A stretch of DNA of 64,000 bases from Oscillospiraceae bacterium (GCA_015065385.1 SVQK01000009.1:18021-82020), one strand, 5' to 3'; positions 18,335-28,114 are shown, counted from the stretch's first letter. A program made the numbers and translations. The notes: a model not told the origin generated them from the letters alone.

Positions 18335-20491
18335 TCAGATCCCGTGTTCCGTCCGGAGGATGACCTCCTCCTGCATGGTGGGGGAGAGGCGGGTGAAATA
18401 GTCGCTGTAGCCTCCGATGCGGACGATCAGATCTTCGTATTCTTCGGGACGGATCCGCGCCCGCTCGAGGGTTTCCCGGTCGGTCACGTTGATCTGCATT
18501 TCGAATCCGCCGCGCGCGAGGTAGGTCTTGACGATGGACTTCATGACGGGCAGGGAGTCCGGGGTGAAGAGGGATTTCGAGAACTTCATGTTGACCGCCA
18601 CCCCTCCGATGAAGGGCCAGTGCTCCCACGAGGTGGAGGACAGCACCGACGCCGTGGGACCGCAGGCCTCCCGCCCCTGAGCCGGACCGGATCCGTCGCC
18701 GAGCGGGAATCCGGCATGCCGTCCGTCCGGAGTCGCGCCGGTCGAGCGCCCGAAATGATCGTGCATGATCCAGCAGAAGAGGGAGGGGATGAGGCGGCCG
18801 GACCGTTCTCCGTCTCCGTCCGTGAGGGGAACCCGGTGCTTTTCGCACTCCGACGCGAGAAAGTCCGCAATGGTCTTCACATACGCGTCGGGCGAGTCCG
18901 GGGAGCGGTCGTCAGAGCCGTATTTCGGCAGGCTCCGGATCCGCGCGAGCAGGGCGGGATCGTCCCGGTAGTCCGTGTCGAGCGCCTGTTTCCAGTCGGC
19001 AAAGGTGGTTTCGTGCCTCTCGTAGATCAGCGTGCGGATCGCATAGAGCGCGTCGGCGGCGTTGGCCACTCCCACGAAGGACGGCATGATCCAGTTGTAC
19101 CGCGCCCCGCCCTCCTCGATATCGACCCCGCGCTCGAGGCAGTCCCGGACGAAGCAGGACAGGAGCGGATCGGCGCAGTATTTCGCGCGCTCGTATCGGT
19201 ACAGGCTTTCCCGGCGGCAGTTCTCGCGGATGAGCCCCGCGACGCGTCCGAAATACCGTCCGACGAAGTCCTCCATGGTGGCCGGCGCGTCCGTGTCACA
19301 GGACGGGAAGACCGCGAGCAGCTCGCCGGGGAGATTCATGTACGGGGAAGCCACCCAGACGTTCGAGCACCCGACCGGGGTGATCTCCACGCAGGTGGAA
19401 TGGATGTACTCCGCGGATTCTTCCGCAGTGAGCCCGTAGTGGGAAAGGCCGCGGCGGATCGTGGCGTCTCCGAAGAGCGCGGGGTGGGAATGCCCTTCCG
19501 CGAGGATTTCCAGTGCGAGATCGAGATCCTCCTCCGGCGTGTCCTCCGTGACGCAGAGGCCGACCGAGGGATAGACCAGCCCGACCTGACGGATGGCCTC
19601 GAGGAACATTCGGGTGAGCGGATTCGAGACCGTCGTCCCGTCCGCAAGGCTCCCCCCGACCATCAAGCCGCAGGACAGGCCGTTCGGGACCCGCCGGTTG
19701 ATCTGGACGCATAGGCAGTCGATGAGGGTCTGGGCCTCCCCGTCCGTGAGGATCCCCGCCGCCTTGTCCCGCTCGTAGTACGGAGCCAGCCATCGGTCCG
19801 GATGACCCAGCTGGAACTGCAGAAGGGACGGGCGGAGCGGCTTGACGGAAAGCGCGTAGGTGACGAAGGCCGCGGACTGCGCCGCTTCCCGGAAGGTTTC
19901 GGCGGGGTGGAGCGGAACTTTCCGGCAGATTTCGGCGATCGTGCGGTATTCTTCCCTTTGCGTTGGATCGGGTTCGGTCTCCGCCAGCTCGTCCGCGCGG
20001 TCCGCATACCGTTTCGAGAGGATCTCCACACCTTCGAGGCAGATCTTCGCGGCTCTGTAAAAATCCTCCTTCCGCACGGAGCGGGGATCGTCCGGGTCGA
20101 GCGCGGCGATATGCCGGTCGATCAGGGCGCGGATCCCGGAGGTCCCGAGGGAGAGCAGGCGGGGGTAGTCGATCGCCATGTGGGAGTCCTGACCCACGGC
20201 GCAGTGGGAGAAGCGGGCGGCCTCATTCGCGCGTCGAAACCGCTCTTCCTCCTCCGGCGTATGGGGAGAGGACGCGGGACGTCCCACGATGAGCTCGCCC
20301 GGCTCGATGTCCACGGTCCAGCGGGAATACGCCTCCCGGACCGCTTCGGCAAGACGGCATTTGAAGGACGGATTGCCGTACCGTTCGAGATACGCGGCGT
20401 TGAAGAACGAATAGAATTCGTCGTAGCTGACCGCGGGTTTCAGGGCGCGTTCCCTGAGCCGGTCGATTCTCGGTTTGTCGTATGCGTTCAT
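18335..20491 (-). CDS. Glycyl radical enzyme, PFL2/glycerol-dehydratase-like family, short (718 aa) form of unknown substrate
   Basis: C-terminal glycyl radical motif LIVRIGGYSDYFTRL. Catalytic Cys-Glu in IHSTCVEITPVG. RBS GGAGGACTC-ATG. The start overlaps the upstream stop (ATGA). Confidence 0.9.
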   Translation of the reverse strand: MNAYDKPRIDRLRERALKPAVSYDEFYSFFNAAYLERYGNPSFKCRLAEAVREAYSRWTVDIEPGELIVGRPASSPHTPEEEERFRRANEAARFSHCAVGQDSHMAIDYPRLLSLGTSGIRALIDRHIAALDPDDPRSVRKEDFYRAAKICLEGVEILSKRYADRADELAETEPDPTQREEYRTIAEICRKVPLHPAETFREAAQSAAFVTYALSVKPLRPSLLQFQLGHPDRWLAPYYERDKAAGILTDGEAQTLIDCLCVQINRRVPNGLSCGLMVGGSLADGTTVSNPLTRMFLEAIRQVGLVYPSVGLCVTEDTPEEDLDLALEILAEGHSHPALFGDATIRRGLSHYGLTAEESAEYIHSTCVEITPVGCSNVWVASPYMNLPGELLAVFPSCDTDAPATMEDFVGRYFGRVAGLIRENCRRESLYRYERAKYCADPLLSCFVRDCLERGVDIEEGGARYNWIMPSFVGVANAADALYAIRTLIYERHETTFADWKQALDTDYRDDPALLARIRSLPKYGSDDRSPDSPDAYVKTIADFLASECEKHRVPLTDGDGERSGRLIPSLFCWIMHDHFGRSTGATPDGRHAGFPLGDGSGPAQGREACGPTASVLSSTSWEHWPFIGGVAVNMKFSKSLFTPDSLPVMKSIVKTYLARGGFEMQINVTDRETLERARIRPEEYEDLIVRIGGYSDYFTRLSPTMQEEVILRTEHGI

Positions 20492-21633
20492 GAGTCCTCC
20501 GGCGGCAGAAGCCGATCGATGAAACGCCGGGCCCCTTTTCCGAGTCCGTCCGCAATCGCCCCGAAGAGTGCCGGGATGTGCAGAAGACGGGAGAGCATGC
20601 GGCGCAGGAAATCCGCCATGGAGCAGAGCAGGAACAGGGAGAGCGTCACGGCGGGCAGATAGAGGAAGATCTTGGGGGATTTCGCCCAGCGTGAGAGCTT
20701 GAGCGTGTCCCAGATCAAAGCCTCGAGCTCGTCCTGCTCATGGATCAGATAGACGCCGAAGGTCAGGGGAGCGAAGAACCCGATCAGAGCCCGTGAAACG
20801 CGCCCCTCGATATTCAGATTCAAAAAGAAGAGGAAGAAGCACACCGACGCCGCGACCACGGGCAGGGAATTGTACTGCATGAAGACCTTCAAAAACTCCG
20901 ATCCGAATCTGAACCGGTAGTAGAGGACCGTCATGAGGATCCGGGAGAGTGCGGTGAGAACGGAGAGCAGGAAATACCACAGCAGCCAGCGGCGTTTTTT
21001 CGGCGGGTATTTTCTCAGATACGCGGCGGTGACGTACAGCACGATGAAGGAGGTATAGCTGTAGCCACCGTGAAGGTTGGCGAAATCGAGCCAGTAGACC
21101 AGATTCCGCCCCGCGACGAACAGGCCCCAGAGGGCTGCGACGGCGATGAAGTGCTCCCGGCGGCTGAGCCCCTCAAGCGCGCGGTTCAGAAGCGGCGTCA
21201 GGGCGTAAAGGATGACGTACGCCGTGGCGAACCAGTACCGTGTGCCCGTGACGGCGGCAAAAGCGGTAAGCAGTCCCCCCGGCGTGAAGACCGCCTTTTT
21301 CAGCGCGCAGAGGATCAGATAGACGGCGGCGGAGGTGAAGTCGATCTGTCCCCAGAGGAGCAGGAGCTTTTTCAGCTTGAACCGGGAGGCGGACTGATAG
21401 TATCCGGTGATCAGCACGAAGCAGTTCACCATGACGTAGCAGCAGCCCTCGATGAGCCATCCGATATGGAAATTGACGTCCGTCGGGCGGAGGGAGCTCA
21501 GCACCTTTCCGTGAACGAAAAAGTGGCTCGTCAGAATCATCATCATGCAGACGATGCGCAAAAGGTCCGGCCCGGCGGCTCGTTCCGCGCGGCGATCCGT
21601 CCCGGAGGGAGAGGCGATTGAAAGAAAATTCAT
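20488..21633 (-). CDS. Acyltransferase family 3 (OafA-like) integral membrane protein
   Basis: 381 aa with about 10 predicted TM segments. The N-terminal PDLLRIVCMMMILTSHFFVHG matches the AT3 start motif (LDxLRxxAxxxVxxxH). Confidence 0.85.
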   Translation of the reverse strand: MNFLSIASPSGTDRRAERAAGPDLLRIVCMMMILTSHFFVHGKVLSSLRPTDVNFHIGWLIEGCCYVMVNCFVLITGYYQSASRFKLKKLLLLWGQIDFTSAAVYLILCALKKAVFTPGGLLTAFAAVTGTRYWFATAYVILYALTPLLNRALEGLSRREHFIAVAALWGLFVAGRNLVYWLDFANLHGGYSYTSFIVLYVTAAYLRKYPPKKRRWLLWYFLLSVLTALSRILMTVLYYRFRFGSEFLKVFMQYNSLPVVAASVCFFLFFLNLNIEGRVSRALIGFFAPLTFGVYLIHEQDELEALIWDTLKLSRWAKSPKIFLYLPAVTLSLFLLCSMADFLRRMLSRLLHIPALFGAIADGLGKGARRFIDRLLPPEDS

Positions 21634-21739
21634 GATTCATTCATGGAAACGGCATGAAAGCCGCCCCGGTTGGTGTTATTATTCTCGTGAACTTTACCAG
21701 AACACTGCGGCTTTGCCCGGCGGAGAAGAGGAACGCAAC

Positions 21740-22177
21740 ATGCTCGAGGACCACATCATCCGGATCAGCGACAAAATCCACCTGAATTTTTATAAGCGTC
21801 TCTTTTCCATCATCAAGGAACGCGAGGGCAGTCTGACGGCGATGGAGGTCTTTGCGGTGGAGGTGATCCACGCGCTGGGTACGCCCACCATCAGCGAGTT
21901 CGCGGACTTTCTCGGCATCTCCCGGCCCGGAGCTTCCTACAAGGTGGCGTCCCTGATCCAGAAGGGCTACATCGTGAAGGAGGCGTCCACCGACGACAAG
22001 CGGGAATTCCGCCTGACGCTGACGGACAAGTACTACAACTACATCGGTCTGTACGAGGACGGACTCCGGGAGTATGTGGCGAAGCTCGAGGAGAACTTCA
22101 GCAAACGCCAGCTCGAAGCCTTCGAATCCGTCCTGAGCCGGGTCGAGGAGGAAATCGACGCGTTTCCGAACAACTGA
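21740..22177 (+). CDS. MarR-family transcriptional regulator
   Basis: Start re-set to ATG 21740 behind GGAGAAGAGG (track ORF begins at 21545), giving 145 aa. Winged HTH ISEFADFLGISRPGASYKVASLIQKGYIVK...DDKREFRLTLT. Divergent from the AT3-GRE operon. Confidence 0.85.
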   Translation: MLEDHIIRISDKIHLNFYKRLFSIIKEREGSLTAMEVFAVEVIHALGTPTISEFADFLGISRPGASYKVASLIQKGYIVKEASTDDKREFRLTLTDKYYNYIGLYEDGLREYVAKLEENFSKRQLEAFESVLSRVEEEIDAFPNN

Positions 22178-22243
22178 ACGGGATCGAGCAAGCAGAACAG
22201 CGCGGGGCAAAGACGCGGGAGAGACCGGCCTTCGCCCCCCTTT

Positions 22244-23593
22244 TTATTTCCGGATCAGATCGAACGTGGCCTTGGCGAGGTCGCGGACTTCCACCAGATT
22301 GTACCCTTCGATCGAGGTGTACAGCCGCTTTTCGAAGGGCGCGGACCAGTACGGATCGATGGCCGACTCGCCGTTCCGGATCCCGACGATCGAGCCGACG
22401 GTCGCGCCGTTGCAGTCGGTGTCGAAGCAGGACTGTACGGCGAGGCAGACCGAAGTCCCGAAGTCCCCGCCGCCGCAGAGAAGCGCCATCGTCACGATCA
22501 TGGCGTTGGAGTTGGTGTAGCACCAGTCGTTCGCGGAATACTCGTTGAACCGGGTGTGGATGTGTTCGATGATCTGATCCGCGCTCTTTCCCGCGTCGTA
22601 CAGGGCGGCGATCTCCCGCACGTCCGCGGCCAGGCGGGATTTTGCGGGAATATAGGCGAGCCCGGTTTCGATGACCGCGCGGATGTTGCTTTCGACGGCG
22701 GCCGCGGCGATCATGGCGGCGATGAACATCTCCCCGTAGATGCCGTTTTTGACATGGGAGATGGACGCGTCCCGGAAGGCCATTTCGGCGGCGGCGCGCG
22801 GATCGCCCGGATTGATGTAGCCGAAGAAATCCCCGCGGATCTGCGCCCCGATCCATTCCCGGTAGGGGTTTTTGCGGGTCGCCGTATCGGGAGGCAGAAG
22901 CCCCGCGGCGATGTTGCGGTATGCGGCCCGCTCCGCCGTGCAGGTGGCGAAGGCCGGGATCCACGAGAGCCATCCCTCCGCGACGTCCGCGGGCGTGAAG
23001 TCCCGTCCGTACCGGCTGACCAGCTTCAGGGCGAAGGTGGTGTAGTTGGTGTCGTCGTCCACGGGGGAGGCGTAACGCACGTTGTCCGCGAAGCACGCGC
23101 CGGTCCAGAGCTTGTGCTCCTCAATCAGCTCCGGCGTGAAGGCGGATTTCAGGATATACCCCTTCATGGGCCAGTTTCCGGTGGCTTTGAGCACGGGCCA
23201 GAGGCGGTCCCTTCTCCAGCCTTCCACGGGCTTGCCGAGCAGGCACCCGGCGATCCGCCCGATCCACGCGCCGCGGAGCCGGTCCATGAGCGTCTCGTCG
23301 TCCGGAAGATCGGGCAGAAGCGGCGCTTTTTCCGCGCTCGGGGAGGCGGACAGGATGGCGGGAAGGTCGGAGGGCTCTTCATAGGGAAAATCCCCCCGGA
23401 TGGGTTCGGAGGCCATGACGGCGGCGAGCGCTTCCACGGCGGCCTCGTTGCGGAAGACCAGTTCGTTGTCGGCGGCGACAAAGGCGTTTACGATGCCCTC
23501 GTATCCGGCGACATCCCGGCCTTCTCTGACGCACTGTTCGTATTCGACGCGGATATCGTTTCCCAAGCGGAGCCAGGGTTGGTTTTTCAGCAT
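22244..23593 (-). CDS. ADP-ribosylglycohydrolase-family protein with an N-terminal extension of about 100 aa
   Basis: 449 aa. Motifs DRLRGAWIGRIAGCLLGKPVEG, DDDTNYT and FDTDCNGATVGSIVG (dimetal-binding motifs of the ARH/DraG fold). RBS AGGAGACCGTC-ATG. Confidence 0.85.
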   Translation of the reverse strand: MLKNQPWLRLGNDIRVEYEQCVREGRDVAGYEGIVNAFVAADNELVFRNEAAVEALAAVMASEPIRGDFPYEEPSDLPAILSASPSAEKAPLLPDLPDDETLMDRLRGAWIGRIAGCLLGKPVEGWRRDRLWPVLKATGNWPMKGYILKSAFTPELIEEHKLWTGACFADNVRYASPVDDDTNYTTFALKLVSRYGRDFTPADVAEGWLSWIPAFATCTAERAAYRNIAAGLLPPDTATRKNPYREWIGAQIRGDFFGYINPGDPRAAAEMAFRDASISHVKNGIYGEMFIAAMIAAAAVESNIRAVIETGLAYIPAKSRLAADVREIAALYDAGKSADQIIEHIHTRFNEYSANDWCYTNSNAMIVTMALLCGGGDFGTSVCLAVQSCFDTDCNGATVGSIVGIRNGESAIDPYWSAPFEKRLYTSIEGYNLVEVRDLAKATFDLIRK

Positions 23594-23609
23594 GACGGTC
23601 TCCTTTCGC

Positions 23610-24413
23610 TCAGCCGATCAGCTTCTTATAATTGTCGGCGATGTCCCGGTAAGGACGTCCGGCTCCCGATTCGTAGAGGAAGCGTCCGGCGTACCCGACC
23701 TCCTCGAGCGCGTTCAGAATGGCGGGCCAGTCGTTTTTGCCTTCGAGGGGGAGCCAGTGCTTTTCGTCGATAAAATCATAGTCGGACACATGGAGCGTCA
23801 CGATCTTTGCACCCACGGCGCGGATGTAGTGGACGTTGTCCTCCCTCAGGCTGTGGTTCGTGTCGAACACCACCCGCAGATCCGGGATCCGGTTCAGGAA
23901 AAAGAGCATCTCGTCGGAGGTGCGGCAGAGGCAGGTCCGTGGGAGGTTTTCGAGGCAGAGCGTCACGCCCGCGGAGCTCGCCGCATCGGTGACTTTGGCA
24001 ATGACGTCGGCGGCAAGCTCCAGACGTTCGGCGCGCTCGTTTTCCTCATAGGGTTCACCGGACGGATGGATCACGCAGAGTCCGATCCCGGCGTCCCCCG
24101 CGGCGTTCAGAAGCTCCGTCTGCAATTCGACCGCATGGGCGCGGACGGCGGGGTCTCTGTGGGCGGGATCGATTTCGGAAAACGGTCCGAAGGGAAGGTG
24201 GACGGAGGAAACGGTCACACCGCAGGAGCGTGCCAGCGATACGATCTCCTTCGCCTTGTGCGGAAAATCAAGCTCGTTGTAGAAAGGAGCCACGGCTCCT
24301 GAGGACAGCTCGATATGAGCGATCCCGGCGTCCGAGAGCTGCCGGAGCGATTCTTCATTCATGGCGGCGGGACCGACGGACAGGGCGAGAGGCCAGGTTT
24401 GACGGGAAGACAT
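23610..24413 (-). CDS. Sugar phosphate isomerase/epimerase (xylose-isomerase-like TIM barrel, AP_endonuc_2 family)
   Basis: Start re-set to MSSRQTWPL (ATG complement of 24411-24413) behind AGAGGTG, giving 267 aa. Motifs HIELSS, SVHLPFGPF, CLENLP and VFDTNHS. Confidence 0.8.
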   Translation of the reverse strand: MSSRQTWPLALSVGPAAMNEESLRQLSDAGIAHIELSSGAVAPFYNELDFPHKAKEIVSLARSCGVTVSSVHLPFGPFSEIDPAHRDPAVRAHAVELQTELLNAAGDAGIGLCVIHPSGEPYEENERAERLELAADVIAKVTDAASSAGVTLCLENLPRTCLCRTSDEMLFFLNRIPDLRVVFDTNHSLREDNVHYIRAVGAKIVTLHVSDYDFIDEKHWLPLEGKNDWPAILNALEEVGYAGRFLYESGAGRPYRDIADNYKKLIG

Positions 24414-24544
24414 GCGTGTCACCTCTTTGATCGATTTTGGAATCATCGGACAAACGCTTGACGTTTGCGCTTCTTTATTGATTATGTTATCATAAACCCT
24501 CCGGATTTTCAAGGGTTTTGGGGAATTTTTACAGTTCCTTCCTC

Positions 24545-24573
24545 TTGACTTTCCGTCCGCAATGCTTTATAAT
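24545..24573 (+). promoter_or_regulatory. sigma-A promoter of the ileS leader
   Basis: TTGACT (24545-24550), 17 nt, TATAAT (24568-24573). Confidence 0.65.
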
Positions 24574-24579
24574 TGAAAT

Positions 24580-24836
24580 AAGAATACAACCGAAAAGGCT
24601 GTGACGGAACGAGTAGGCGTCCCCCCGGTCCTTGGGGGAGCGGCGTTGACAGAGAGCCGGGGACGGTGGAATCCCGGTACGGCGCGGCGTCCGAAAATCA
24701 CTCCCGAGCCGCCGGGTGAGTTCTGCATGACGGAACGAGCCTTGGCCGGAATCCCTCCGTTACCGGGGAACCGTATCGCGCGTGCGGGTGGTCAAGCAGG
24801 TTTTCTGTCCCGGGCTGAGCCGGGATTTTCTTTTTT
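24580..24836 (+). promoter_or_regulatory. T-box riboswitch leader, Ile specifier (AUC)
   Basis: Stem I elements AGAGAG (about 24650) and GGUGGAAUCCC distal loop. Specifier-loop GAAAAUCA with AUC at 24697-24699 followed by a purine. T-box core GCGGGUGGUC (24785-24794). Terminator UCCCGG-GCUGAG-CCGGGA plus UUUUCUUUUUU (24808-24836). Confidence 0.8.
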
Positions 24837-24846
24837 CGGAGGAAGT

Positions 24847-27800
24847 ATGTACAACAAGGTCAACACAAACCTGAATTTCGTGGAACGCGAACGCGAGACC
24901 CTGAAATTCTGGAACGAGAACGACATCTTCAAAAAGCAGCTCGCCGAGAGCATCGGACGGCCCGGCTACACCTTCTACGACGGCCCTCCGACGGCCAACG
25001 GCAAGCCCCACATCGGCCACGTCCTCACCCGGGTCATCAAGGACCTGATCCCCCGCTACCGCTGGATGAAGGGCAGGGACGTTCCGAGAAAAGCCGGATG
25101 GGACACCCACGGCCTGCCCGTCGAGATCGAGGTCGAGAAAAAGCTCGGACTGGACGGCAAGGAACAGATCGAGAAATACGGCCTCGAGCCCTTCATCAAC
25201 CAGTGCAAGGAAAGCGTCTGGAAGTACAAGGGCATGTGGGAGGACTTCTCCGGGACGGTCGGCTTCTGGGCGGACATGGAGCATCCCTATGTCACCTACG
25301 AAAACGACTATATCGAATCCGAATGGTGGGCGCTCAAGGAGATCTGGAACAAGGGCCTGCTCTACAAGGGCTTCAAGATCGTCCCCTACTGCCCCCGCTG
25401 CGGCACCCCTCTGTCCGCGCAGGAGGTAGCGCAGGGCTACAAGACCGTCAAGGAGCGCTCCGCCGTGGTCCGCTTCCGGGTGAAGGGCGAGGACGCGTAT
25501 TTCCTCGCGTGGACGACGACGCCGTGGACCCTGCCCTCCAACGTCGGCCTCTGCGTCAATCCCGACGAGACCTACGCAAAGGTGAAGGCCGCAGACGGAT
25601 ATACCTACTATATGGCGAAAGCCCTGCTCGACACGGTGCTCGGACGGCTGAAGACCGAGGACGCCCCGGCTTACGAGATCCTTGAGGAGATGCCCGGCTC
25701 CGCCCTCGAGTACCTGGAATACGAGCCCCTCTGGACCTGCACCGCGGAGGCCGCCGCGAAGCAGAAGAAGAAAGGGCATTTCGTCACCTGCGACGGATAC
25801 GTCACGATGGGCGACGGCACGGGCATCGTTCACATCGCTCCCGCGTTCGGCGAGGACGACTCCCGGGTGGGCGCGAAGTACGATCTGCCCTTCGTTCAGT
25901 TCGTGGACGGCGCGGGCAATATGACGGCGGAGACTCCCTACGCGGGACTCTTCGTGAAGAAGGCCGACCCCGTGATCCTCGAGGATCTGAAAAAGGACGG
26001 CAAGCTCTTCGACGCGCCGAAGTTCGAGCACGATTATCCCCACTGCTGGCGGTGCGACACACCCCTGATCTACTACGCGCGCGAGTCGTGGTATATCCGC
26101 ATGACGGCTGTGCGGGACAACCTGATCAAGAACAACAACACTGTCAACTGGATCCCCGAATCCATCGGCAAGGGACGCTTCGGCGACTGGCTCGAGAACG
26201 TGCAGGACTGGGCGATCTCCCGCAACCGCTACTGGGGCACGCCGCTCAATATCTGGGAGTGCGCCTCCTGCGGGTGCCGTCACTCCGTCGGTTCGGTCGC
26301 CGAGCTGAAATCCATGTCGAAGAACTGCCCGGAAAACATCGAGCTGCACCGGCCCTATATCGACGCCGTGACCCTCGTCTGCCCGGACTGCGGCGGGGAG
26401 ATGAAGCGCGTGCCCGAGGTCATCGACTGCTGGTTCGATTCCGGTTCCATGCCGTTCGCGCAGCACCACTATCCCTTCGAGAACGAGGACAAGTTCAGGG
26501 CTCAGTTCCCGGCGGACTTCATCAGCGAAGCCGTGGACCAGACCCGCGGGTGGTTCTACTCCCTTATGGCGATCTCCACCCTGCTCTTCGACTGCTCGCC
26601 CTACCGGAATGTGATCGTGCTGGGCCATGTGCAGGACGAGAACGGGCAGAAGATGTCCAAGTCCAAGGGCAACGCCGTGGATCCCTTCGACGCCCTCGGA
26701 ACCTACGGCGCGGACGCCATCCGGTGGTATTTCTACACCAACAGCGCGCCGTGGCTGCCGTCCCGGTTCTCCGGCAAGGCGGTGCAGGAGGGACAGCGGA
26801 AGTTCCTCGGCACGCTCTGGAACACCTACGCCTTCTACGTCCTGTACGCGGATATCGATTCCTTCGATCCCACGAAATACTCCCTCGGAGACTGCAAACT
26901 GACCGTCATGGACCGCTACGCCCTGTCCGTGGTGAATACGGCGGTGAAGGCCGTGGACGCGCACCTCGAAAACTACCGCATCCCCGAGGCGGCGAAGGCT
27001 CTGTACGAGTGCGTGGACGAGCTGTCCAACTGGTATGTGCGCCGCTGCCGGGAACGCTACTGGGGCACGGAGATGACCGAGGACAAGATCGCGGCGTACA
27101 TGACGCTCTGGTGCGCTCTCGTGACCGTGGCGAAGATCGCGGCTCCGTTCGTGCCCTTCATGGCGGACGACATTTACCGCAATCTCGTGCGCTCCGTGGA
27201 TCCGGACGCCCCCGAATCCGTCCATCTCTGCGCGTGGCCCGAGGTTGACGAAAGCCGGATCGACGCCGCCCTCGAGGACTCCATGAAGACCGTCATGGAC
27301 GTCGTGGTGCTCGGACGCGCGGCCCGCAACGGCGCGAACCTGAAAAACCGCCAGCCTCTGTCCGCGCTCTACGCAGGCGGATGCGAGAAGCTGGAATCCA
27401 CCTATTCCGATATCATCCGGGACGAGCTGAACGTCAAGGCCGTCTGCTTCGTGGACGATATGTCCGCGCTGTCCTCCTACAGCTTCAAGCCGAATCTGAA
27501 GACCGTCGGCCCGAAGTACGGCAAGCTGCTCGGGAAGATCCGCTCGACTCTCCAGGCGGAGGACTTCGACGGGAACGCCGCCATGGCCGAACTGCGGGAG
27601 ACGGGAAAGCTCTCCTTCGACTTTGACGGATCCGCCGTCGAGCTCGGGGAGGGGGATCTGCTCATCGAGGTCAAGCAGAAGCCCGGGTACTTCACGGTGT
27701 CCGAAAACGGCGTGTCGGTCGCGCTGGATACGAACCTGACCGACGAGCTGATCGCGGAGGGCTTCGTGCGCGAGGTGATTTCCAAGGTGCAGACCATGCG

Positions 27801-28014
27801 CAAGGAGATCGACTTCGTGGTGACCGACCACATCCGGGTCTCCGTGACGGGCAGCGAAAAGCTCGAAGCCCTGCTCCGGGCCGATCCCGACGAGCTGAAA
27901 GCCGCGACCCTCTGCGACGAGCTGACCTTCGAGCCTCTGACCGGCGACGGCGTGACCGCGAAGGAATGGGACATCAACGGCGAGTGCGCGACCGTGTCCG
28001 TGGCGAAGGTCTGA
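24847..28014 (+). CDS. ileS: Isoleucine--tRNA ligase (long, type-2-like form)
   Basis: Start re-set to ATG 24847 (MYNKVNTNLNF) behind GGAGGAAGT. 1055 aa. Motifs PTANGKPHIGHV and KMSKSKGN. The track ORF start at 24601 lies inside the T-box leader. Confidence 0.95.
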   Translation: MYNKVNTNLNFVERERETLKFWNENDIFKKQLAESIGRPGYTFYDGPPTANGKPHIGHVLTRVIKDLIPRYRWMKGRDVPRKAGWDTHGLPVEIEVEKKLGLDGKEQIEKYGLEPFINQCKESVWKYKGMWEDFSGTVGFWADMEHPYVTYENDYIESEWWALKEIWNKGLLYKGFKIVPYCPRCGTPLSAQEVAQGYKTVKERSAVVRFRVKGEDAYFLAWTTTPWTLPSNVGLCVNPDETYAKVKAADGYTYYMAKALLDTVLGRLKTEDAPAYEILEEMPGSALEYLEYEPLWTCTAEAAAKQKKKGHFVTCDGYVTMGDGTGIVHIAPAFGEDDSRVGAKYDLPFVQFVDGAGNMTAETPYAGLFVKKADPVILEDLKKDGKLFDAPKFEHDYPHCWRCDTPLIYYARESWYIRMTAVRDNLIKNNNTVNWIPESIGKGRFGDWLENVQDWAISRNRYWGTPLNIWECASCGCRHSVGSVAELKSMSKNCPENIELHRPYIDAVTLVCPDCGGEMKRVPEVIDCWFDSGSMPFAQHHYPFENEDKFRAQFPADFISEAVDQTRGWFYSLMAISTLLFDCSPYRNVIVLGHVQDENGQKMSKSKGNAVDPFDALGTYGADAIRWYFYTNSAPWLPSRFSGKAVQEGQRKFLGTLWNTYAFYVLYADIDSFDPTKYSLGDCKLTVMDRYALSVVNTAVKAVDAHLENYRIPEAAKALYECVDELSNWYVRRCRERYWGTEMTEDKIAAYMTLWCALVTVAKIAAPFVPFMADDIYRNLVRSVDPDAPESVHLCAWPEVDESRIDAALEDSMKTVMDVVVLGRAARNGANLKNRQPLSALYAGGCEKLESTYSDIIRDELNVKAVCFVDDMSALSSYSFKPNLKTVGPKYGKLLGKIRSTLQAEDFDGNAAMAELRETGKLSFDFDGSAVELGEGDLLIEVKQKPGYFTVSENGVSVALDTNLTDELIAEGFVREVISKVQTMRKEIDFVVTDHIRVSVTGSEKLEALLRADPDELKAATLCDELTFEPLTGDGVTAKEWDINGECATVSVAKV

Positions 28015-28114
28015 CGGCGGACGAGCGGCGGCAACCCCCGGGATTGTACGAAAAAGGACAGGGCATGGGGAAACTTGTTGTTGAAGTTGCCGATGAAAAA
28101 ATCCCGCGGAACTA

